This document shows, piece by piece, positions 1-12,467 of a DNA stretch of 64,000 nucleotides (position 1 is the stretch's first letter; every line of letters starts with the position of its first letter). Origin of the DNA: an uncultured Thermoplasmata archaeon (GTDB taxonomy: Archaea > Thermoplasmatota > Thermoplasmata > RBG-16-68-12); contig CAVYJM010000006.1 in assembly GCA_963768855.1 (NCBI GenBank), forward strand, positions 480,001 through 544,000, read 5' to 3'. The notes beneath the pieces are model-generated. The model had not been told where the DNA came from and made no database searches. It saw only the letters and a program-made list of their open reading frames with translations. A program made the translations under genes and the position numbers.

Positions 1-1
1 G

Positions 2-3788
<3,787 letters not shown>

Positions 3789-3795
3789 GTGCCGC

Positions 3796-4221
3796 ATGGC
3801 GGAAGTCACCTTCGATGAGAAGACGATCAAATACGTGGCTCTCTTTCAGGACCTCACCCGCACGACCGTCGTGGACTGCGTCGATGCGCAGGACCGGCTC
3901 ATCTTCGTCGTGAAGGAAGGCGACATCGGCAAGGCGATTGGGAAGAAGGGTGAGAACGTCGCGAAGCTGAAGCGCCTGTTCAACAAGGACATCCACGTCG
4001 TCGAGTTCTCCGAGCAGCCCGAGAAGTTCGTGGCGAACGTCTTCCGGAACTACGACGTGAAAGGCGTCCAAATCGAGCAGCGCGGGGACGTCACCCACGC
4101 CACGGTGACGGTCGACTCGAGCAAGAAGGGCCGCGCGATCGGGAAGGAAGGCCGGAACCTGCGCGTGTCGCGGGACCTGATCGCCCGCCACCACCCGATC
4201 CAGAGCGTCAGCGTCGCCTGA
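3796..4221 (+). CDS. nusA: Archaeal NusA (KH-domain transcription elongation factor)
   Basis: Two KH motifs (GKAIGKKGENV, GRAIGKEGRNL); operon position. Confidence 0.96.
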   Translation: MAEVTFDEKTIKYVALFQDLTRTTVVDCVDAQDRLIFVVKEGDIGKAIGKKGENVAKLKRLFNKDIHVVEFSEQPEKFVANVFRNYDVKGVQIEQRGDVTHATVTVDSSKKGRAIGKEGRNLRVSRDLIARHHPIQSVSVA

Positions 4222-4356
4222 GCCCGCGCCCTCGGGGTGCCTTCGGTCGCCCGTTCCGCAGTTCGCCGCCGACTACCGAAAGCTTACATATCAGCACCGA
4301 ATCGGCGCGTCACGCAGAACGGCACGGAGCATCCCTGTCGCCGCTGAGGTGTTCCC

Positions 4357-5817
4357 ATCCAATACAAATGGACGGTCCTCCTCGTCACCACCGTCGGCGT
4401 GATCATGGCGGGGATCGACTCCCGCATCGTGATCATCGGGCTGCCCCAGGTCGCGGCCGGGATCCACGCGGATGCGGAACAGGCCATCTGGATCACCCAG
4501 GCCTACGTCCTCGGGAGCACGGTCGCCCTCCTCCTGATCGGTCGCGTGTCCGACGTGGTCGGCCGGGTCAAGATGTACTCGAGCGGGTTCGCGGTCTTCA
4601 CGGTCGGCTCCCTCCTCACGAGCCTCGCGCTGGATCCGACCCAGGTCATCATCTTCCGGTTCATCCAGGGACTCGGCTCCGCGATCCTATTCACGAACAG
4701 CGCCGCGATGATCGTGGACGCGACGCCGGACACCGAGCTCGGCTACTTCCTCGGCATTAACCAGGTCGCATTCCGGATGGGCGCCATGGCTGGCCTCACC
4801 CTGAGCGGGATCATCCTCACGGTCCTCGTGGACTGGCGCGCGCTGTTCTACATCAATGTGCCCATCGGGATCTTCGGCACCCTCTGGGCGCAGCGCAAAC
4901 TGAAGGAGATCGCGAAGCTCGAGAAAGGCGCGCCGATCGATTGGGCCGGCTTCGCCACCTTCACCGTCTTCATCTCCGCGACGTTGCTCGCCCTCACGCT
5001 GGCCGCCTACGGCATCGGGGAGGAGCTCATTGTCGCCACCCTGGCCGTCACTGCGGTCGTCTTCCTGGTGGCGTTCGTGCTCCTCGAGCTACGGACGAAG
5101 TACCCGCTGCTCGACCTCAAGCTCCTCCGGATCCGCGAGTTCTCCGGAGGCGTCGTGGCCCAGCTCCTGAACGCCGTCGCGTTCGGCGCCGTCCTGCTGC
5201 TCCTGAGCCTCTACTTCCAGCTCGTACTGGGCATGGACCCCTTGGCCGCGGGCCTCATCATCATTCCGCTGGACGTCGTCACGGTGCTCCTGGGGCCCTT
5301 GAGCGGGAAGCTCTCGGACCGCTACGGCCATCTCCCCTTCACCACGGGCGGGCTCGCGCTCGTGAGCCTTTCCTTGTTCCTCTTCGCCACGACGGACGTC
5401 AACACGAACATCTACCTGTTGATCCTGTACATGGTCATCTTCGGGGGTGGCCTGGGGATCTTCGCCTCGCCCAACATGAGCTCGATCATGGGCTCCGTCC
5501 CGTCGGAGCGGCGCGGGATCGCGTCCGCCTTCCGAGCGACCTTCTTCAACATGGGATTCGTGATCAGCCTGAACCTGGCGATCCTGATCATGACCTTCAC
5601 GATTCCCTACGGGCTCGTGTCCCAGATCATCTCGTCCACGAACCCGGTCGCGATCACCGCGGCGGACAAGATTCTCTTCGCGGACTCCCTCAAGAGCACG
5701 TACTTCTGGATGGGGGTCCTGAACACGATCGCGATCGTCCCCTCGATGCTCCGCGGCCGACGGAACCGCGCGAACGGCGAGATGGAGTCCAAGCCGACTC
5801 CCACCCTCGAGATGTGA
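4357..5817 (+). CDS. MFS transporter, DHA2 (14-TMS drug:H+ antiporter) family; start uncertain (ATC 4357 or GTG 4399)
   Basis: GRVSDVVGRVK and GKLSDRYG motif A; FRFIQGLGSA motif B; about 14 hydrophobic segments. Confidence 0.92.
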   Translation: MQYKWTVLLVTTVGVIMAGIDSRIVIIGLPQVAAGIHADAEQAIWITQAYVLGSTVALLLIGRVSDVVGRVKMYSSGFAVFTVGSLLTSLALDPTQVIIFRFIQGLGSAILFTNSAAMIVDATPDTELGYFLGINQVAFRMGAMAGLTLSGIILTVLVDWRALFYINVPIGIFGTLWAQRKLKEIAKLEKGAPIDWAGFATFTVFISATLLALTLAAYGIGEELIVATLAVTAVVFLVAFVLLELRTKYPLLDLKLLRIREFSGGVVAQLLNAVAFGAVLLLLSLYFQLVLGMDPLAAGLIIIPLDVVTVLLGPLSGKLSDRYGHLPFTTGGLALVSLSLFLFATTDVNTNIYLLILYMVIFGGGLGIFASPNMSSIMGSVPSERRGIASAFRATFFNMGFVISLNLAILIMTFTIPYGLVSQIISSTNPVAITAADKILFADSLKSTYFWMGVLNTIAIVPSMLRGRRNRANGEMESKPTPTLEM

Positions 5818-6211
5818 CGCCGATTTCGATCCGCCTTCGAACGGTGGACCCTTCCTTTCCTGCTCCCCCCGGGAACGCGAGTCGCATGTCGGGAATCGCC
5901 TCGGGCGCCGGCGCGGCCTGCAGGCTGCCCCTCGGGGACCGGGTCATCGCCATCGGATCGATTCGTGGGGCCGTGGGCGTCGCCCACGACGGACTCCTGC
6001 GACGGCTCGGCATCGCGGGGGACGACCTCACGGAGGTCCTCGACCGGCTCCGCGGGCGAGGTCTCGTCCCCCTTCACGGGTCCTCCATGGACTCGTCCTG
6101 CGTGTTCAACACGGCATGAATCCCTCCCGGAAGAGAGCCTGCACAAGGGTTATGTGAGGCCGCGGACATGGGCCGGGTGCCTGCGGTGGCAGGCGAAGGG
6201 ACCCCCACTCC

Positions 6212-7978
6212 ATGTCCACCACCGTGAGCGAGGCCTCGCCTTCGGCCGGCTCGCCGCTCTCCCTGCTCTTCGATGATGCGGACCGGGCTCTGCTGGCCTC
6301 GGTCGCCCGCGGGCCCGGCGACGGCCCGCGTGCCTGGCGTCTGAACGCCGAGGCTCACCGGCTCTCCCTCGTCCAGGGGTTCGACCGGCTCGTCAGCTGG
6401 CCCTCGCTCCGCGGCGTGTCCCGGTACGAGCACCAGGAACGCACCGCCCTCCGCGTCCTCCGGGAGATGCGCGGCCGCGCGCTCCTGGCCGACGAGGTCG
6501 GCTTGGGGAAGACCGTGGAGGCGGGCCTCATCCTCAAGGAGTACGCGATCCGGGGGCTCGTCCGCCGCGCCCTGATCCTGACCCCGCCCGCGCTCCGCAC
6601 GCAGTGGCAGGAGGAGATGCGGGAGAAGTTCTCCCTGTCCTTCGAGGTCCTCCGGTCCACACGGGATTGGGAGCGGTCGCCGTTCCTGCTCGCGTCCCTG
6701 GACACCGCGAAGCGCGAGCCCCACGCGACCCTGGCCCGCGGCATCCGCTGGGACCTCGTGATCGTGGACGAGGCGCACCGCCTGAAGAACAGTTTGAGCC
6801 GGAACTGGCGGTTCGTCGCGGGCCTCCGCAAGCGGTACATGCTCCTGCTGACCGCCACGCCGATTCAGAACGACCTGGACGAGCTGTTCAACCTGGTCAG
6901 TCTCCTCAAGCCGGGCCAGCTCCACACGTACGACGAGTACCTCGCGCGGTACGTCGCGACCCTGGACCACCGCGTGCCCGCGCGGGTCACGGAGCTCCGT
7001 GGGCGCCTCCGCGACGTCATGGTGAGGAACCGCCGCGGGGTCTCCTTCACGCTCCCTCCGAGGCGGGTACACTCGCTCCCCGTGCGGCTGACCTCGGAGG
7101 AGCGTCGTCTGTACGACGATGTCACCGGGTTCGTCCGGGACGCCTGGGGCACCTCGTCCGGCCGGCTGCCGCTCCCCGCGCGGCTCACCCTCATGGTCCT
7201 CCAGAGGGAGATCGGCAGTAGCACGTTCGCGACGGCCCAGACCCTCGCGAAGCTGGAGCACAGCCCTCTCTTCGGGCGGGAGGAGCAGGACCGACTCGCG
7301 GCCCTCCGTCGGGAGGCCGAGGCGATCCGGGACAACGTCAAGGCGACCCACCTCCGCTCCTTCCTCCGCTCATCGGACGAGAAGGTCCTCGTCTTCACGC
7401 AGTACCTACGGACCCTCGAGTACCTCCGTGGCGTACTCGAGGCGGACGGGTATTCGATCGCCGCGTACCATGGCGGCCTCTCGTCGCGTGCGAAGGACGA
7501 GGCCGTGCGCGCGTTCCGTGCGGACCGCCGGATCTTCCTCAGCACGGAGGCGGGCGGCGAGGGCCGGAACCTCCAGTTCGCCCGGACCCTCGTGAACTAC
7601 GACCTGCCGTGGAACCCGCTGCGGATCGAGCAGCGCATCGGCCGCGTCCACCGCCTGGGCCAGGAGAAGGAGGTCCACGTCGTGAACCTCTGGGCGACGG
7701 ACACCGTCGAGGAGTACCTGATCGAACTCCTCGACCGCAAGATCCACATGTTCGAGCTCGTCGTGGGGGAGCTCGATCTCATCCTGGGAGATCTCGGGTC
7801 CCGCAAGTCCTTCGAGGACCTCCTCATGGACATCTGGACCCTCAGGGAGGCGGAGGAGCGCCGCTTGGCCCTCGGCCGCCTCGGCGATTCCCTCGTGAAG
7901 GCCCGCGCCCAGTACGAGACCGTGAAGGAGAGGAACGACGCGGTGTTCAAGGACGCAAGCGAGGAGGCGGTTGCATGA
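6212..7978 (+). CDS. SNF2-family (YqhH/HepA-like) helicase-like ATPase
   Basis: LADEVGLGKT, DEAH, LLTATP, STEAGGEGRNLQF, QRIGRVHRLGQ. Confidence 0.93.
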   Translation: MSTTVSEASPSAGSPLSLLFDDADRALLASVARGPGDGPRAWRLNAEAHRLSLVQGFDRLVSWPSLRGVSRYEHQERTALRVLREMRGRALLADEVGLGKTVEAGLILKEYAIRGLVRRALILTPPALRTQWQEEMREKFSLSFEVLRSTRDWERSPFLLASLDTAKREPHATLARGIRWDLVIVDEAHRLKNSLSRNWRFVAGLRKRYMLLLTATPIQNDLDELFNLVSLLKPGQLHTYDEYLARYVATLDHRVPARVTELRGRLRDVMVRNRRGVSFTLPPRRVHSLPVRLTSEERRLYDDVTGFVRDAWGTSSGRLPLPARLTLMVLQREIGSSTFATAQTLAKLEHSPLFGREEQDRLAALRREAEAIRDNVKATHLRSFLRSSDEKVLVFTQYLRTLEYLRGVLEADGYSIAAYHGGLSSRAKDEAVRAFRADRRIFLSTEAGGEGRNLQFARTLVNYDLPWNPLRIEQRIGRVHRLGQEKEVHVVNLWATDTVEEYLIELLDRKIHMFELVVGELDLILGDLGSRKSFEDLLMDIWTLREAEERRLALGRLGDSLVKARAQYETVKERNDAVFKDASEEAVA

Positions 7979-9033
7979 GCGAGGCGGAGTCGCTCCGTGC
8001 CTTCGTCACCGCGCTCCTCGAGGACGTCGGCACGGACGTGCGGGACGACGGCACGTTCCTCTGGTTGCGGGTCCCCAACGCGATCCAGGCGAGCCTGGAC
8101 CTACCCGCCCAGGCCTGCCTCACGTTCGACCCCGATCGCGCCGGCGAGTTCGATGCGGAGCTCGTCGCGCCGGGGAGCTACCTCCTGGAGAAACTCCTCG
8201 GACTGGCCACGCGCCGGGGACGGTGGGATGTGGCGCGGGTCGCGACGCCGCCCGAGGATTGGGTCCTGGAGGCCTTGGGAGATTCTCCGGGGATCGGGCT
8301 CGACGGCGCACGAGACGTCGTCCCCTCGCAGCCGGAGCAGCTGCTCTTCCTGTTCGCCTTCCGGACCGCCCTCACGTCGGACGAGAAGCGCGAGGGGTTC
8401 CATCTGATCGCGGTCACGCCGGACGGATCGGAGGGATGGACGGTCCCCTGGCCGTTGCAGGAACAGGGGTTGGTCCCCGCGATCCTTCCCGGGTTCTCCC
8501 CGGACCTCGGATCCGCCTACCGGACGGCCCAGGAGATCCTCGGACGCGGAATCCGGGAGGACATGGAGATCTTCCGCCATTCCTGTCTCACTTCCCTCGA
8601 AGAGGAGGTCCGCCGCATCTTCCGGTACTTCGATGGGACCGTGGCCGAGGTGAAGGAGGCCGCCCCGTCCGGAGCGCAGGACGTCGTCCGCGCCATCGAG
8701 GCCGAGCGCGATCGTCGCCTCGCGGAGGCGCTCGAACGGTTCGAGCCCCACGCGGTCGCCTCCCTTTGCAGCGTGCGCATCCTCCTCGTGCCGACCGTCC
8801 ACGTGACGTTGGACCAGGGGACGGGCCCCTTTGCAGTGACCATCGACGCGCTCACACGCCATGTCCGAGGGCTTCCCGCCTCGATCAAGGAAGCCGGACC
8901 CGTTCCACTTCCAGCGGATCCGCGGTCGGGTACTCCTCGACGACGAACGACGGCCGGCCGAGCGCCGGGGCGATCTCCTCGAGGATCCACGGGGCGATCT
9001 CGATCCGCCGCCTCGCGGCGTCCAGGGTCATGA
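7975..9033 (+). CDS. Hypothetical partner of the SNF2 ATPase (YqhG-like)
   Basis: ATGA overlap with the SNF2 stop, GGAGG SD, coding-like codon usage to about 8880; last ~50 codons overlap the convergent radical SAM gene. Confidence 0.7.
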   Translation: MSEAESLRAFVTALLEDVGTDVRDDGTFLWLRVPNAIQASLDLPAQACLTFDPDRAGEFDAELVAPGSYLLEKLLGLATRRGRWDVARVATPPEDWVLEALGDSPGIGLDGARDVVPSQPEQLLFLFAFRTALTSDEKREGFHLIAVTPDGSEGWTVPWPLQEQGLVPAILPGFSPDLGSAYRTAQEILGRGIREDMEIFRHSCLTSLEEEVRRIFRYFDGTVAEVKEAAPSGAQDVVRAIEAERDRRLAEALERFEPHAVASLCSVRILLVPTVHVTLDQGTGPFAVTIDALTRHVRGLPASIKEAGPVPLPADPRSGTPRRRTTAGRAPGRSPRGSTGRSRSAASRRPGS

Positions 9034-9955
9034 GCTTCTTCGGGACGCGGTGGCGCTTCGCGAGGTCCCGCAGGAGATCGTCCAGCCCGTCGCCCTCGAT
9101 CACGCCCTTGACGAGGGTGCCATCCTCCGTGACCACATCCCAGGGCTGCGCGATGTTTTCGGCGCGCCGTTTGATCCGCGTGCGGAGCTGCCACGCGTCC
9201 TTGTAGCCGCTCGTGCAGTAGTGGACCGTCGTCGTCCAGGAGCGCTCGAGGAGGCGGACGGCGACCTGGTCCGCCCCCTTCACGCCGTACGCGAGCTCGT
9301 GCTTGACCTCGTACCCGCGCGTCTTCATCCTCGCAAAGTTCGCGTCGCTGTACTCCATCTCGTCCAGGTTGACGAAGGCGATCCCCTCGGACTCCGCCCA
9401 TTCGATCAGGGTCACGAGGTCGCCCTCGCGCTCCGGGATCAGGGGCACCTCGAGGCCCACGGTCATCCCGAGCTCCTTGGAGAGGCGCACCGCGGCGGGG
9501 AACCCCATCGCCTGCGGATGGGACCAGAGCCCCGGCGGGACGTGGAAGCGGATCTCGTCGAGGCCCGCGGCGGCCAGCTTGCGGATCTTCCCCGGGTCCG
9601 TGGACATCGTGTAGAGGTGCGTGTGGAACTGCGGGCCGAACTCCTTCTTCAGGAGCTGGATGTAGTGGGCCGTGCGGTCGACGGCCTCGAGCGGGTCGCC
9701 GCCGGTGATCCCCGCACCCTTCGCGCGGATCGCCCGCGCCTCCTCGATCACGTCGGCATCGGACTCGACGCGCTTCTCGTCCGCGAAGACAACGTCCCGA
9801 TACATCTTCTCGTCCGAGACAGGGCAGTAGAAGCAGTGGAACGAGCAGAGGCCCGTGACGAAGAGGACCATCTTGGCCCCTTCCGTGCACTGGACGCAGC
9901 CCACGGGCAGCGTGCCTTGGATCAGGGAACCGCAGGGCCGCTCGGCCACACTCAT
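8885..9955 (-). CDS. Radical SAM protein, archaeal COG2108-like, function unknown
   Basis: CSFHCFYC (CxxxCxxC), ITGGDPL, EIRFH; upstream TTTATC TATA box. Confidence 0.9.
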   Translation of the reverse strand: MSVAERPCGSLIQGTLPVGCVQCTEGAKMVLFVTGLCSFHCFYCPVSDEKMYRDVVFADEKRVESDADVIEEARAIRAKGAGITGGDPLEAVDRTAHYIQLLKKEFGPQFHTHLYTMSTDPGKIRKLAAAGLDEIRFHVPPGLWSHPQAMGFPAAVRLSKELGMTVGLEVPLIPEREGDLVTLIEWAESEGIAFVNLDEMEYSDANFARMKTRGYEVKHELAYGVKGADQVAVRLLERSWTTTVHYCTSGYKDAWQLRTRIKRRAENIAQPWDVVTEDGTLVKGVIEGDGLDDLLRDLAKRHRVPKKLMTLDAARRRIEIAPWILEEIAPALGRPSFVVEEYPTADPLEVERVRLP

Positions 9956-10031
9956 GGAGCGCGACCATTTCGGCGAGGGGAGATAAAGGTTCGCAGAGCG
10001 GCTGCCGCGCGGGAAGACCGCCCCTTCCGCG

Positions 10032-10051
10032 CATACCTCTAAGCAGAGGTA
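10032..10051. repeat. Palindromic direct repeat, copy 1 (CATACCTCT-AAGC-AGAGGTA)
   Basis: 19/20 identical to 10294-10313; self-complementary arms; contains the stop codon of the 85-aa ORF. Confidence 0.9.
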
Positions 10052-10296
10052 CGCGCGGCCTGTGCGATGGCGGCCTCCGCGGCCCGCCGACGCCGTCCGA
10101 AATCCTGCTCCGCGCGCCGGTGGTAGGCGGCCATCCTGCGGAGGAGCTCCTGCCGCGCCCGCTCGGAGTCGATGCGTCCCACGTAGTCCTCCCTCCGCCG
10201 CGAGTGATCGTCCTCCCGCTCGTAGTGCCAGAAGTACCAGTACCTCCGTCCGGCGAAATCACGGACGCGGGCGCCGCACCCGATCTCCATCTTCAT
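10039..10296 (-). CDS. 85-aa putative DNA-binding protein resembling the SSV1-type integrase N-terminal domain
   Basis: RxxxGRxYxYxxxYE...ExYVG pattern followed by a basic helix; bounded by two palindromic repeats. Confidence 0.65.
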   Translation of the reverse strand: MKMEIGCGARVRDFAGRRYWYFWHYEREDDHSRRREDYVGRIDSERARQELLRRMAAYHRRAEQDFGRRRRAAEAAIAQAARTSA

Positions 10297-10315
10297 ACCT
10301 CTAAGTAGAGGTATG
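10294..10315. repeat. Palindromic direct repeat, copy 2 (CATACCTCT-AAGT-AGAGGTATG)
   Basis: Perfect 9-bp inverted arms with a 4-bp spacer; contains the start codon of the 85-aa ORF. Confidence 0.9.
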
Positions 10316-10366
10316 GCCCGGATAGAGAAGTCCTTTCCCGGGGGAGGTCTCCGAAACTACTCGGCC

Positions 10367-10663
10367 TCACACCGGCCGCTTGCACGTCGAGCAGACGAGC
10401 CGGCAGTCCCTCTTGCATTCCTGGCACACGCCGTGCAGGAACTCTTCTCGGACGGGGGCGTGGTGGCAGTCGCTCACGGCGGTCACGAGGCGTCCGCAGT
10501 AGCGGCACAGGTGCTGCACGGGCCGTTTCTTCGCGACATACCGCTGATACGCCATCAGGATCGCGAGGACGAGGACGAGGAGACCGATGATGATCGCGAC
10601 GGCGAAGCACTGGAGGCTTCCCTCGACCGCCTGGTAGGGGAGGGAGGCCCAGGGGACGCCCAC
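10367..10663 (-). CDS. Small membrane-anchored Cys-rich (zinc-binding) protein
   Basis: One TM segment (FAVAIIIGLLVLVLAILMAY), then CRYC, CHH, CQEC, CxxxCxxC. Confidence 0.75.
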   Translation of the reverse strand: MGVPWASLPYQAVEGSLQCFAVAIIIGLLVLVLAILMAYQRYVAKKRPVQHLCRYCGRLVTAVSDCHHAPVREEFLHGVCQECKRDCRLVCSTCKRPV

Positions 10664-10740
10664 GGCCCGGCATGGGACGACATCGGTAAAAGGGTTGGCG
10701 CAGGGACAAGGATAAATCGGGACGGGACTCTCTCGCCCTC

Positions 10741-11553
10741 GTGGCGGCGGAGGATCCGCGTTCCGTCCTGCGCGAGCTGGGCGTCCGTCCGAGCAAGTCC
10801 CGGGGTCAGCATTTCCTCGTCGACACCCGGGTGGCGGCGCGCCAGCTCGGCTACGCGGACCTGCATCCGTCGGATGTGGTCCTGGAGATCGGACCCGGCC
10901 TGGGCGTGCTCACCCGGGGCCTGGTCGAGCGGGTCCGGCGGGTGATCGCGATCGAATCGGATCGTCGGTTCGCGGAATACCTGCGGAAGGCCGTCCCCGC
11001 GGCGGAGATCCTGCACGCGGACGCGCTGAAGGTCGAGTGGCCGGACTTCGACGTGATGGTCTCGAACCTCCCGTATCAGATCTCGTCCCCGCTCACCTTC
11101 CGCCTCCTGGCGATGCCGTTCGATCATGCGGTCCTCATGTACCAGTGGGAGTTCGCGAGGCGGATGGTTGCTGCCCCCGGGACGGCGGACTACTCCCGCC
11201 TGAGCGTCGGCGTGTACGTGCGCGCGGCCTGCACGATCCTCGAGCGCGTGCCCCGGAACGCCTTCCAGCCGCAGCCCAAGGTGAACTCCGCCCTCGTCCG
11301 CCTGGAGCCGCGGCCGAGCCCCTTCCCGATCGCCGATCCGGACCGCTTCGATGCGGTGGTCACGGCCCTGTTCGTGCACCGCCGCAAGATCGTGGAGAAC
11401 GGCCTTCGCCTCGCGTGGCGGTCCTTCGCCGACTCCCCGCAGGCTCTCGAGGCCGCCCTCACCGACCTCCCGTTCCGCGGGCGGCGGGTCGAGGAGCTGA
11501 GGCCCGAAGACGTCGAACAGATAGCCGAAGCGATGATACGGGCGAAAAGTTAA
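10741..11553 (+). CDS. rsmA: 16S rRNA m6,2A dimethyltransferase RsmA/KsgA
   Basis: GQHFL, VLEIGPGLG, SNLPYQISSPL, YSRLSV, FQPQPKVNSA. Confidence 0.96.
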   Translation: MAAEDPRSVLRELGVRPSKSRGQHFLVDTRVAARQLGYADLHPSDVVLEIGPGLGVLTRGLVERVRRVIAIESDRRFAEYLRKAVPAAEILHADALKVEWPDFDVMVSNLPYQISSPLTFRLLAMPFDHAVLMYQWEFARRMVAAPGTADYSRLSVGVYVRAACTILERVPRNAFQPQPKVNSALVRLEPRPSPFPIADPDRFDAVVTALFVHRRKIVENGLRLAWRSFADSPQALEAALTDLPFRGRRVEELRPEDVEQIAEAMIRAKS

Positions 11554-11598
11554 TGGCTCCACCCCAAATAGCGCCCCCTCGCTTCCCTGGGGGGCGCA

Positions 11599-12465
11599 AT
11601 GGTCCGGAAGAAGACCTTTTCTGAGCTGCAGCAGGCCGAGATCAAGCTGGAATCCCTGCTCGAGAAGCGGGACGCCCTGAACCAGGAAGCCCAACTCGCC
11701 CGCCAGGAACGGGACATGGTCCATGACAAGAAGCGGGAGATGTCCGCGGCGTTGCGGGAGATTAAGGACCGTCGCGGAACCCTCGCGGCCGAGGCCCGCG
11801 CCCACCGCGCGAAGCGCGACGAGTACCAGGGCAAGGCGAAGGCCCTCATCGAGCTGAAGCGGAAGCTCCGCTCCCAGGGCGGCCTCTCCGCGTCCGAGGA
11901 GCTTCGGAGCCTGAAGCGGCGCACCCAGGCGATGGAGCTCAAGCAGCAGACCGCCTCTCTCACCCTCGCCGAGGAGAACGAGCTCATCGACGAGATCAAG
12001 GAGCACGTCAAGCGCGTGAAGGAGCTCCAATCCTTGAAGGAGGAGCAGGACAAGATCACGAAAGAGGTCAAGGACCTCGACGGGACGATCACGGACCTCT
12101 TCGCGAAGGCGGACGCGGAGCACAAGATCGCGTCGGAGCTCAGCGACCAGGCCCAGGCGGTCCACCAGGAGACTCTCGAGCTCGTCCAAGGGATCTCGGC
12201 CCTGATCGTCGAAGGCAACCAGAAGCACGAGGCCTACCTCGAGGCGCGGTCGAAGGCGGACGAGGTCCATGCGAAGGTCGTCGAGCTGCGCGAGAAGGTC
12301 CTCTCGATTCGGGGCGCGCAGCGCGCGGAGCAGCGCGAGTCGCGCGAGCTCCTCCGCAATCAGAACCGCTCCGTGCGGCGGGCGCTCTACGACGAGAAGA
12401 AGCTCGAGGAGGCGGCCGACCAGGCCGTCAAGGCCCTCCTGCAGAAGGGCCGCGTGGAGATCTGA
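11599..12465 (+). CDS. Archaeal coiled-coil protein (COG1340-like)
   Basis: Continuous heptad-rich E/K/R helix, about 290 aa; ends ALLQKGRVEI like family members. Confidence 0.8.
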   Translation: MVRKKTFSELQQAEIKLESLLEKRDALNQEAQLARQERDMVHDKKREMSAALREIKDRRGTLAAEARAHRAKRDEYQGKAKALIELKRKLRSQGGLSASEELRSLKRRTQAMELKQQTASLTLAEENELIDEIKEHVKRVKELQSLKEEQDKITKEVKDLDGTITDLFAKADAEHKIASELSDQAQAVHQETLELVQGISALIVEGNQKHEAYLEARSKADEVHAKVVELREKVLSIRGAQRAEQRESRELLRNQNRSVRRALYDEKKLEEAADQAVKALLQKGRVEI

Positions 12466-12467
12466 CG

